This document shows, piece after piece, positions 25,841 to 37,242 of a stretch of 64,000 nucleotides of DNA (position 1 is the stretch's first letter; every line of letters begins with the position of its first letter). This DNA comes from Trichodelitschia bisporula (Eukaryota), in the NCBI GenBank assembly GCA_010356995.1, contig ML996704.1, forward strand, positions 62,001 to 126,000, read 5' to 3'. The notes beneath the pieces are model-generated. The model searched no databases. It was not told where the DNA came from and was given only the letters and a program-made list of their open reading frames with translations. The translations under genes and the position numbers were made by a program.

Positions 25841-27414
25841 CTACACCTTCAGGCCCAGCTCCTCCGCGAACGGCAGAAGATGCAGGTCGCCAACGGCCGA
25901 GACTGACGCCTTGTGCTCGAGAATGCTCTTCGCAGCCTGCTCGTGTTAGCTAGCTTCACCCTCCTGGTAGTATTACATACCTGCTTGAGCTTCTCCGAAG
26001 TCACGCCGCCAATCGCGCTGGAAGTCTCCTCAATCTGGTACGGCTTGCCGCCCTGCACGAGGCCAGAGCCCGTCAGCTGGACGCCAGCCGACTGGGACTC
26101 GCCGTACTCCAGCTCAGCAAACTTGGCATACGCGACAGCCTTCTTGAAGTCCTCGTTGCTGAACTCGCCCGCGGCAATGGCGTTAAGCGTCTTGACAGCG
26201 TCGAAAGCCACGCCAGCGACGTCCTTGGCGCCACCAGTGATGGTAACGGTCAGCAGACCGGCGTCCGAGTAGATGTGGCTCTTGGTCTTGATGCTCGCGC
26301 TGGGGTAGTTGAGACCCGCCTTGCTGAGCAGCGAGAAGCCCGAGGACCACTTGATGCTTGACTGGCCACCGAGCAACGCAGCAAGCACAGCAACCTCAGG
26401 CTTGTAGAAGCCACCCGTCGCGGAGCTCGATCCAGAGAACCCAAGGACGATCGCGTTGCCGCCAGCGTGAGCAATGCGCTCCTCGCCGCCGTAGTACTTG
26501 CTTTGCGAGCTGCTCAGCTGCGGTGCGCCCTGCACAGGCGACACCTGGTAGTCCCCGAAGAACTCGCCGACCCACTTGCCGACCTCAGCGTTGTCGGCGC
26601 CGTTGGCAACGACGGCAATGTTCGACTTGGCGTAGGCAGTTGAGGCGTAGGCGCTGATCGTGGCGTGGTCCAGGTACTTTGACGTCGGGCCAGAGGCAGC
26701 GGGATGGATGGAAGAGCCGAGTCCGCGGTGGAAGGCGACGCCGTGAGCCGAGTCCAGTGCAAGGGCCTCGGGGTTGGCAAGGAAGTTCTTCTGCGCGAAC
26801 TTGATATGCCCGAAAACCTCCTCCTCAAAGATGTAAGCTATTTACGTCAGCACGCCACAAAACCACAATGCTTAATCCCGCAGAGACGTACGGAGGTACT
26901 GTGTCTTGCCAGCGACCTCGGACAGGAGCTCCATAAAGTACGGCAGGTCCTTGCGAAGGAACTTGGCATTGAGGGACAGCGTTTCCCGGGAGTGAGTAGC
27001 GTAGACCTCCGAGCCGAGCAGCTCGGTCTCGCGCACAATGCGCAGAGCAGACCGCCGCTCAGTGTTCTACCTGACATTAGACGCCGTTGCGCGGCCATAG
27101 TTGTCCTCAACGCACCCGGAATGCAAACTTCTCCAGACCCTCGGCGAGACCCGGCAGGAACTCGTAACGGGTGCCGGCCTTCGCAACCAGTGCCAAAGTC
27201 GTCATCTGGCCGGGCACATCTCTGCTGGCATACTTGATGCCGGCAGAATCGCCAGTCTGGTAGTTGAAGCCCGAGGCGGCAGCTGGAGCTGGGTTAGCTG
27301 GGTGGTGCCGCTGAAGGTGGAGGGAGGGCTGTTACCAGCGTAACCGCGGCGCTGGCCGCACTGCAAGCAGCGTAGGGCCTTCGAGGCTGTCCGTACTGAT
27401 GGGCGCGCAATCAT
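25841..27414 (-). CDS. QCR2: Cytochrome bc1 complex core protein 2
   Basis: Mitochondrial presequence MIARPSVRTASKALR, then VAKAGTRYE...LEKFAF, RSALRIVRETELLG, LGGQSSIKWS, YSDAGL and C-terminal GDLHLLPFAEELGLKV*. Several introns. Confidence 0.93.
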
Positions 27415-27773
27415 TGTGGGCGAGGAGCGCCAATTGATGTTGTGGGGTGTGAGGGAGGGTGGTCGAAGGTCGCGATGTTTCGGCGGTGTTGCTTGCTGGT
27501 CGACCTTCGGGTCGGATGAACGAATTGGAAGCGACCGAAAGAAAAACGCTTGGCCGCTTGGCACCGCGGGCAGAAGTCCAGAGGACTGTGGGCTGCAACC
27601 CTGACTGGCTCCGTGCTTCCCTGTCTCCTCCCTCTTGTCCCCGCCTTGAACTATTTTGACTGTCCAGAACTTTTTTCTTTAACCACGTCAATTTCGCGCT
27701 CAGATGCACATGTATTTATATCGGTAGCACCTGTCGCCCTGCTGGAGATCCGAGGTGCTCTCGGCTCGTAAAC

Positions 27774-29807
27774 ATGAAAAAGGTACGCGATACAGCCCGA
27801 GCCTTGTGTCTATGGTGACCTCGAGACTGACCGCCGCTTATAGCGTCTATCCGAGCTATTAACTTTTGCCGTCGGCGACTTCTACGGCGAGTTTCACTCG
27901 GTATGTTTGACGCAACCTTTATGTAAAGCAAGCATCTAACCTCCCCAAGCGAGTCTTCGGTGCGCTCGTCGAAAACGGCCGACTACCCTTCCGGACGCTC
28001 GTTGCAAAGTCCGGCCTTCTCCCAACACAAGTCCGTGGCGCTCTGATCACCCTCATCCAGCAGAGCTTCGTCTCCTTCCAAACAACGGACGAGGGTGCTA
28101 CAAACTACGATGCGAACTGGGAGAAGACGTATAACTTCGTAATCCGCTCGGGAAAACTGTTGCAGCTGGTCAAAGTGCGCTATGGTGACGCTGCAGGGGT
28201 CGTGTGTGAGGATCTCTTCGAGGCTGGACATGCGCGGGTTGGCGAGCTCATAAAGGAGCGTGTTTCGGTGAAGGAGAAGCCGGCTAGTACAAAAGGCGGA
28301 GCAGTCAACGGCGATGGAGTCAATGGCGTGAACGGGATCAATGGAGTACACGTCAACGGCGTCACTGAGCCCGAAGGCCATGGGCCATCTCCCGAGCAGC
28401 GACGTCGGGCCCTCAACAAGCTTGTCCGTGCTGGATTGATCGTACCGCTGAATGAGCGGGACATGAAGTCTGTGGAGGACCTGAAGCGCTCGGCGGAACG
28501 GAATCTGATTGGCACCAAATACGACCATTTGCCGAAGACGAAAAAGGAAAAGACCAACTTTGCTTTGGACACACAGCAACTCCTTGACGGCTGGCGACAC
28601 GAGTCCCTGAGGTATTTCGGCGACGGGGAATATTCCTCTATAAAACGCGGCAATCCTTTCGACGAAGACTCAGACGACGAGTACCCTGCCAAACGCCGGA
28701 AGGTCCACGGACGTACGAATGGAGTCAATGCAGCTACCGGTCCTCACCCGGAGGTACGTGTGTATTTAGCATCATAGACGGCGCTAACATCACTAGACTG
28801 ATCTTGTTGTCCGCCTTAATTTTGAAAAGTTCGACGTCTTGTTGCGCAACCAGCAGTTGGTCAAGATGGCAGCGCGCTACGTTGGCGAAACGACCTCGAA
28901 GGTTTATGACGCTTTATTACGGGCTTTGGAAACGAAGACGAGCCGCTGCTACGAACCTTCCCTGGACCACGAGGCTGAAGACAAGGAGCAGCCGTTCGTC
29001 AAGACTCACGATATTGTCCCCTACCTCGACCCTAATCTCGATTTAAACGTTGGACTGTACGGGGAGGATGTTGCGAGTGAGATGAACGGCCACAACGACG
29101 ATGATGAGGAGCCTGTGTCGAGAAAACGGAAGCAACCGAGCAGTGACGCACAATACAAGGTCGAGCAGCATTTACGCCTCCTCGCCTACGATCCGCGGCA
29201 ATTTGTGCAGAGCGAAGGTCGTGACTGGCGCGTGCCGTACCGAGCCCTCACGAAGCGTCTGCTCCAGAGCCAGATCGAAAACCACCTTACAGCACGCTAT
29301 GGAACCGTCGCCCCGCGGCTGATTCGCGTACTCTTCGCCAATGGGAGGCTAGAAGATAAGAATATTTCCAAGTTGGCCTTGGTTCCCCTAAAGGAGTTAC
29401 GGGAGATGCTTTATGTACTTCAGAAGGCTGGCTTCGTCGAATCTCAAGAAGTGCCGCGTGACGCGAGTCGGACGGTGAACCGCCTGGTTTACCTGTATTT
29501 CTACGACCAGATCAAGGCACGGCGCGTGCTCCTCGACGATGTGTACCAGGCTATGGCGCGCATGCTGCAGCGGGCTGAGACAGAGAAGGCGAAGATCCAG
29601 GTCGTCATTGACAAGTCCGAGCGCACGGATGTCGTTGGCAATGAAGCCAAGTACCTGAGCAAGGCTGAGAAGGTGGCTCTGGAGAGGTGGAATCAGACGG
29701 AAGAGAAGCTGCTGCGGCAAGTCAATCGTATGGATGATCTCGTTGCCGTAGTGCGAGATTTCTACCCTATGGGACCGGACGACAGCAACGAGGAGTTGTA
29801 CGGCTGA
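27774..29807 (+). CDS. RPC82: RNA polymerase III subunit RPC3/C82
   Basis: 9-nt first exon (MKK) and introns 27783-27843, 27901-27949 and 28754-28796. Motifs GRLPF...LITLIQQ, RLIRVLFANGRLEDK, FVESQEVPRD and KSERTDVVGNE. Confidence 0.88.
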
Positions 29808-30233
29808 CGAACAGATGTGAAGTTGGAACCATTTTAGAATCATGCATAGCGACTGGCGTTTGGGCTCGTGGTGGGCATCACTGGGCATTTACCGGGGCGG
29901 GTGATTAAGAATCCCCATGGCGTGGATAGGAAAAGGATCAACGTGGGAGCCTAAGGTCGGCAATATTTGATGCAAATATCATCTTGCTTCCTTTTGACTC
30001 CGGGTTCTTGAGATGGCTGTATTGACAAGCAGCGATTCGATACTAACAGCATGTTGTTGCCTAGATGACGCTGCAGCTAACTGAAATGAGGAGCAGGAAC
30101 AGCATCACCGACGAGCCGAGCCCCGCTTGATACATCCCCTGCATGCAGGTACATATAAAAGGTACCATCAGCCTAACATGCCGACCACCAAACGATCCAT
30201 CTTTGCTCTCCATTCTTCCATCAATAAATCAAA

Positions 30234-31195
30234 ATGGCCTACCCACCCCACTGGGGCGTATCCTTCACCCCAACAACACACTCCAAACCCGCCGGCCCCA
30301 CCCTCCCCACCTCCAACCCCCTCCCCACAAACTTCGCCGTCGCCATCACCGGCGCAGGAAAGGGCCTCGGGTACCACATCGCACTCGCCTACGCCGCCGC
30401 CGGCGCTGCCAGAATCTCCATTTCATCCCGCACGCAGGCCGATCTCGACAAGCTGGCCACGGAAATCGCGAACCTCAACCCGGAGATTAAGGTACATGCG
30501 CGCACGTGCGACACGACGAAAGATGAAGATGTGAAAGCGCTGGCTGAAGATGTGATGAGCACGTTCGGGCGCATAGACGCCGTGATCGCAAACGCAGGCA
30601 TCATATCCGCGTACATAACCGACAGCGACGGGCACCGGCGTCTGCCCGTCGGTATCGCGGCGGACGAGGATTTCGACCGGGTTATTGCGATTAACGTCCT
30701 TGGCGTCGCGCGGACGGCGAAGTACTTCGTCCCCCACCTACTGGGCACTCTGGATGGAGGGAAGGCGTTTGTGTTTATCAGCAGTTTGGCGGGGATGGCG
30801 AGTACGAGCTCCGTCGTGCCGGTTGCGTATACGGTGAGTAAGGTGGCGGGGAATAAGTTGGTGGAGGTGCTGGCGGAGGATCATCGCGGAGAGGGGTTGG
30901 TTGCGTATGCGGTGCATCCTGGGGCGGTTGTGACGGAGCAGACGAAGGGGCATGAGGGGAATGGGTGGGCGGAGAGTGAGTTTAAGCTTGGAGTTTGGGA
31001 TGGGTGGCGCTAATGAGCGCAGTTCTGGTGGATGATCCGGGGCTTTGTGGGGGGTGGCTGACGTGGTTGACTAGGGAGAGGAGGGAGTGGCTTTCTGGAC
31101 GGTATGTGAGTGTTAATTGGGATGTGGAGGAGTTGGAGGGGAAAAGGCAGGAGATTGTGAGTGGGGATAAGTTGAAGTTTAGGATGATGGTTTAG
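30234..31195 (+). CDS. Short-chain dehydrogenase/reductase
   Basis: ITGAGKGLG, IANAG, YxxxK (YTVSK), VHPGAV and WLSGRYVSVNWD motifs. Intron 30976-31022. TATA at ~30153. Confidence 0.93.
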
Positions 31196-31641
31196 GTGGG
31201 TGGGTTCAGCCTTGTCGATGGCGGACTTGCTTTGAACGGAAATCTGCACATAGACTCAGTTCAATATTGCAGTTAGATACTTCAACTGGTATCCATCGCG
31301 TATACAGAATTTACATTGAGTCGTGACAGATTTTCCGTTGGCTGTATCAAAGATGGGCTAGGTTTTCAGCCTTTGTCGACCACAAGCCATGGGCCTGACT
31401 TCATTTGATAACAAGGTGGATTCACCTTCAGAAAGCAGTGGCGTCAAGGCTAACTTTCGGAACAGACAGCATCGGACTTGGGGAGCAAAAAGGAACTTCT
31501 CATAGTTTTGAAGTATCCAGACGACTGCCCTTCCCACATTCCAACCTCCACTTCCTCCACCAGATCAACCCCCGCCTAAAATCCCGTCGTATTCGGATAC
31601 CTAAACTCGTCAGTCACTGCTCCCCACCCCAAGATGAACAC

Positions 31642-32223
31642 TTACGGGTTCTTGAACGTAAAGTCAACCTTCTGACCCTCGACCTTCTTGAGATAGAAGT
31701 ACGCCGGCACCGCCGCCTTCCCCAGCAAATCACTCCGTCCAAGGAGCACGAGCTCCCCCCCCTCCTTCTTCACCACCTTGAGGTAGTCCAACAACGGCAA
31801 CCGATTATACATAATCGTCGCCGTAACCACCCCATCAATCTCCACATTCCGCGCCTGCGCAATATCCGCTCTCGGATACGGAAACACAGTAGAACTCTGA
31901 TTCCCCGGCGCCCGCGACAACAATGGATTAACACTCGTCTCACTGATAATCTGCTTCCCGAACCAGTTTATCGCGCTGGGGGCCCCGCCGTCGAACAGGC
32001 CGCCCTGGTATGTACCGATGGCTTCTGAGACGCGGATCGGGGGTAGAGCGCTCCACAGCGGTGCGAGCGTAGCTGGCGCCACCGCCTTGCCTGAGCTGAT
32101 GTGCGCTTGCACGGCGGCTTGCGCGGCTGCGACCGTCGGGGGGGTGGTGTCGGCCATGCGGGCGCGGAGTGGCATAGAGGCTGAGGCGAGGAGGGGGAGG
32201 GTAAGGAGCGTGGCGAGGTACAT
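31642..32223 (-). CDS. Secreted GXWXG/DUF4334-like protein
   Basis: Signal peptide, IGTYQGGLF (GXWXG-like), WFGK...VNPL and ARNVEIDGVVTATIMYNRLPLLDYLKVV...LLG pattern. Intronless. Confidence 0.7.
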   Translation of the reverse strand: MYLATLLTLPLLASASMPLRARMADTTPPTVAAAQAAVQAHISSGKAVAPATLAPLWSALPPIRVSEAIGTYQGGLFDGGAPSAINWFGKQIISETSVNPLLSRAPGNQSSTVFPYPRADIAQARNVEIDGVVTATIMYNRLPLLDYLKVVKKEGGELVLLGRSDLLGKAAVPAYFYLKKVEGQKVDFTFKNP

Positions 32224-32678
32224 CGCTGATGTTAAGTAACGAGTGTGCTGGTTTAGTTGCTACATGTCTGCCGTGGAGGGTCTATTTGTACGCTCCGCCG
32301 GAGGGCAATATGCAGGTGCGCATTTCGCGCATTTCGCTCAGCGGATGCAGGTACGGGTATCGTTCGCAAGGTAACACGGATTGGGAAATGGCCGGGGGGG
32401 GGGATATATTGCTGAAGCGTAGTTAGGGTTCCGGGTCACTTGGGCCGAGGGGGCCGCGCTTGATGGAGGGGGGGATGCGATGTGATTTAGCATGACGCTG
32501 GAAGATATAGCGTCAGAACGTAGTTGTCCGCGCAATTGTGTGCTTACCTTTGCTCGAGTCCGGCTGGAACCCGTCATTTCAGTTATTGCACATAAAGTCA
32601 TCAGCACAAGTTCGGCAGCAGATGCGGAAAGCATTCATTCAATGCACCCCAACGCCCCCAAACCGCCTACAATGCACC

Positions 32679-35600
32679 TCACACCCCCCTCACCTTCCGA
32701 TAACTCGGCGGCCTCAACGTCCTCCCAATAACCTTCCCCGCATACGGCGGCACCAACGCAACCGCCAATATAACAACACATCTCCACAAAAACCCCACCG
32801 TAATAATATACTCCAGCTCCATGTACCCGCCCAAAAACGGCAGGGACCCAAAAAACACCAGCGCCGTCCCGATAATCGAAAACACCATCACCGGGTGCCA
32901 GGTTGTGATTTCAGCGGCTACCATGAAGAGCTCGTTGAGCACGAGGCAGACGTAACTCACGGCAACCATGCGCTTGAATGCCTCTTCGCTGATGCCGACT
33001 AGGATTTGCGAAAGGCCTTGGATGATGGCGCCTTGGTACACGGACACGGCGACCCAGATGAAGAAGGTGCGGTAGGAGAGGGAGCGCCCGCCTGTGAGTT
33101 CTTTGTACAGCTCTGGGTACAAGTTTGCGAGGGACTCGTCCACATCTCTGTCGAGCACGAGGCTGAACACCGGCGCCAGGGTGTAGATAGTCGCGTACCC
33201 GACGAGCAACCAATCGCGGTACAGCGCGTTCGGGGCGAAGCGAGAAGCGATGCTGTACATCGTCTGGCACACGCTAATGATAAGTCCGCGGTGTATCACG
33301 AACTGCGCCAGCTTTGCGCTGCGCTTGTAGCTATTCCGCCCATGCCAGACGAGCAGCTTCGTCAGGTGGTGGAACTGGGTTATGCTGAAGTCGGCCGCGA
33401 GACTGGCTTGTCGCCCTTCTTTTCCTACGATCCCGACGCCGACGTCTGCAGCTTGGATCATGGAGACGTCATTGCCGCCGTCTCCTATGCAGCAGATGCG
33501 TTTTTTGGTGTGACTGCGGATTAAACTGGCGAGTTGCGCTTTTTGGGTGGGGGTGCAGCGGCAGGCGATTACAGTGGGGAGGAGGACGGCGACGGAGATG
33601 AAGGTTTCACGGTGGTGGGTTAGCATGAGGGAGAGGGATTCGCCGTCTATGAGGAGGCAGGCGTCTGGTTTTGAGGTTAGGAAGGAGAGGGAGTCGTGTG
33701 CGGCGTCTTTGCGCTTGACTACTACTGTTAGCGGGATGGCAATGGGAGGGTAGAATGGGAATGGGAGGCGCACGTACGCTTTGCAATCGTGTGGATGTAC
33801 TGCCCCCTCGCCACAAGTTTCGAGCTTATAGCCACGCAGCGCGCCGTCTCAACTTTATCCCCCGTCAACATCCAGATCTTGATCCCGGCGTTGCGGAGCA
33901 GCTCCAGGGACGGTTTTACATCGCGCTGTAGTTTGTCCTCTACACCCGTCACACCAAGCAACTCAAGGTCTCGCTCGAGGAATTGGGCTACGATGTCGGC
34001 CATCGCTATATCGCGGCCCTGGAGGGAGAGAGCTGCTTGTGAGTATTGACGCGTGAATTCGGTGAAGTGTTCGGTGGAAAGCTTCTTGCGGCCAACGACG
34101 AGTGTACGGAGTCCTTCGCGCGCCATGTTGGCTGTTTCTTCGTCGAGCCAGTCGTTAGCCGCGACGATGGTCGACATCACGGTGTCGGCACCCTTTTGAT
34201 AGAACCAGATCTCGTCGGAGGTGTCGTTCTGGCCGTGAAGGAACTGGACTATGATACCCATGCGCTTGCCCTCTGAAGTGAATGGAAATACGTTCAAGAT
34301 CCGTACGCGCACGGTGTCGCGACCGCTCTTGACGGACCGCAAGACCATATCCGTGCGGTCGCGGTGGAGGAGTTGCAGGCCTACGCTCTCCGTCCAGCGG
34401 ACGATGGCGATCTCGTCTGGCGAGGAGGCTTGGTATGTGGTGACGCTTTGTCCGCCTTCCTCTTCCACCGTCGGTGTGACGTTATGGCACAGCGCCAGAG
34501 CGAGCACCAGATCGCGCACGCGAGATCCTATCTCCCTGCGCGTCCGAGTCGCCGAGCTCGACGCAGCCATAAATACCGAACTCGGCGTGACCAGGTCTCC
34601 CGCCTCGCCAAACGCCTGGCTCACGTACGAGGTGACCTCGTCCATAGCATCGTTAGCGTACGAAACCGTCCCGACATGGATCTTCTTCAGCTCCATCTCA
34701 TTCTGCGTCAACGTGCCCGTCTTATCACTGAGCAGGTATTCCACGCGCCCCAGATCCTCAGGAATAGTACTCGTGCGCACAACCGTGCCTGGTATGCCCT
34801 CGTCGTGCTCAATAAACCACGCGTACACAGACTTGCCCATGTCGAGGTTGACGCGCAGACTGATGGGCACGACGGTGGAGAAGAGGATCAGGAAGCGCAT
34901 GACGGAGATGTACCACTCGCGCTGCTTCTCTTCGCCGTCGAGACGCCCGATTAAGACGAGGATGCAGGAGAGGGAGAGGGTTAGGAAGCAGAGGATTTTG
35001 GTGAGGGAGTTGATTTCGTATTCGAGGAGGCCAACTTTGGAGCGCGACGCGGATGTGGATAGGGCCTGGCGCGTTTGCGAGCCGGTGTAGATGACTACGG
35101 CGTAGACGGTGGAGCTAGACGCTAGCACGGTGTTTGCCCACGCTGTGTTGTCGATGGAAAGGGGCACGGATTTGGGCCGTTGGTTCTCTTCTTCCGTGTA
35201 GGGTGCATCCGGGTCCTCGACAAGGTCCAGCGTTCCGATGAACTCGTTGACCTTTTTGTCCGGCTTCCCCGCGGTGACCCTGAGCTTGGTGAACTGCTGG
35301 AGGTCCAGGGATTGTGAGAGTGGAGAGGCGAGGCGGAGCTTCCAGTCCGTTTCGCCATCCAGCTGATCTGTCCGAATGAAGGCCTCGCCGGTGGGGCCCG
35401 CTGCTGCGTGTGTGTTGGAAGCCGCAGCGGACGGAGTATCGGCGTCGGCTTCTATCAGTGAGTGAACTTCCTCTACGGCCTTTAAGGCCTCTGCTTCTGC
35501 TGTTTGTGACTCGGTTGCAATCGTCTGCAAGATGACCAAGTCCGCTGGTACGCGTTGGTTCTTGCTTAGCTTGAGGACGTCGCCAACTTTGAGATCCTTC

Positions 35601-36484
35601 GACGGCTTGACAATCTCGCTGATGCCTTCCGAGTTGATGGTGCCGTTGGAGGCTTTCTTTCCTTTTGAGCCTGTCTTCACCTCCGAGCTGTCACCGAACC
35701 GCAGCACCGTGAATGGCTCCGCATTCGCTTCTGCATCCCGTCTCCGCCGCGCAATATCGTCTAACGCCTCCTTCCCTAACGCAACCGAAATGACAAACGC
35801 CAGAGGAACAATGTATGTCGACAGGTAACCAATTCGTAACGCTGGAATGATTTGCGATAATGCTACAAGCAAAAAATACATGTTCAAGAAGAAGGAAAAC
35901 TCATTGTACAGAGTGCGAGGTAGGAAGCTCCAGGGGGTGTACTTCGCGTTCGAGACAGCATTAGGGGGGAAGCGCGTGGCCTGCCGCTGTCCGATCGCGA
36001 CGGTTCGGTTCGATGCAGGATCGTGCTCGTCCTCCGGTTCGGCATCATCAGCTTGCCCGTTGGCGGTGGGAGGGTGGGGAGAGTCTGCCATGAGACTCGG
36101 GAGTCGGAGATTGGTCCCCAGTCGCGAGAGGGTGCTCTCGGGTTGCCGCTTCCTCCTCCGGCCGTAAACAGGCAGAAGCGCATCACTGTCGTGAACGCTG
36201 TCAAAACTCTCAGCAGATTCATGGTGCCCTTCATCATGAAGCAACCTCTGCTCATCCTCCTGCTCGCCGACTTGTTGACTGCGCAACCGCCCGGCCCTCA
36301 GGTTGCGCAGCGGTATCCGTCCGCCGAAGTCTGATGTACGGTGGCCATCTCGGGCGCGCTGCGGGTTGGAGGAGTGGTCCACCGACGGGTCGAGTTCGTC
36401 GAGATCGAGGTCGAGGTCCGAGTCGCTGTCACCGGTGACAGAGTCCGGCGCATTTGGCTGGTGGTATTGATGTGGGAGAGACAT
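32679..36484 (-). CDS. NEO1: P4-ATPase aminophospholipid flippase, Neo1/ATP9 class
   Basis: FIRTDQLDGETDWKL, DKTGTLT, WMLTGDKVETA and IGDGGNDVSMIQ motifs. One intron ~33777-33719. Confidence 0.96.
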
Positions 36485-37242
36485 GCTCGGGCATCGAGGT
36501 GAGCACGAGGGAGTCTAGGAGCTGTCGACAAGCTCACCCAGGGGCCTACGCGATGAACGTTGCGAGCGTCAAAGGGACACGGAGGTTTGATGAAAGCACA
36601 GTGCCGTCGACTTGCAAGTGGAGGCAGGCACAGTCGCCAGATAAGAATCAGGGGCGCTGGTGTCTCGTCGGTGATCGGCGCAACAATGTGAAGCCGTTAA
36701 GAAGAGACGAAGCCACATCCCCGTGGTGAACAAGTGAGCAAGGGTCTCTATCCCATACGCGGGCGCAGGCGGGCGAATACGCCGGAGTGATTGGCTGGAG
36801 CGGGTAATATACACGGCCTGTGCTCATATCTTCTTACGCGTGCCGTGATCTACGCGCGCGAAGGCTACAGTAATGACGCGATGGACGCGAGCACAGGCCC
36901 CTAGCGGTTTGGCCAAGCCGTCCAGTGGCACTGACCCGTTGACCAGGAGCATGGACAAGGAGTCGGACGAACTTCTTCAACACACGTTGCGTAAAGGAGA
37001 CCAAACTTTCGCATCCTCTCTTACACCTCTTCTTCGCTTTTCACCTAATGCTCTGTTGACTGTTTGTCGCGCGCAACGTTTTCTTCCGCTCTTGTACAAG
37101 TAAGTCTCCCATTTCCCTCCCATCGGCGCCTGTCGCAATACTCCGGAGGTGCTCGAGTTCTGCCTTCAAGGCCGGTATCCGGTGCTGACAACTTCCCGCT
37201 AGTACCTTGATGCCTTTCAGTTATTGAGCGTTAATCAGCATC

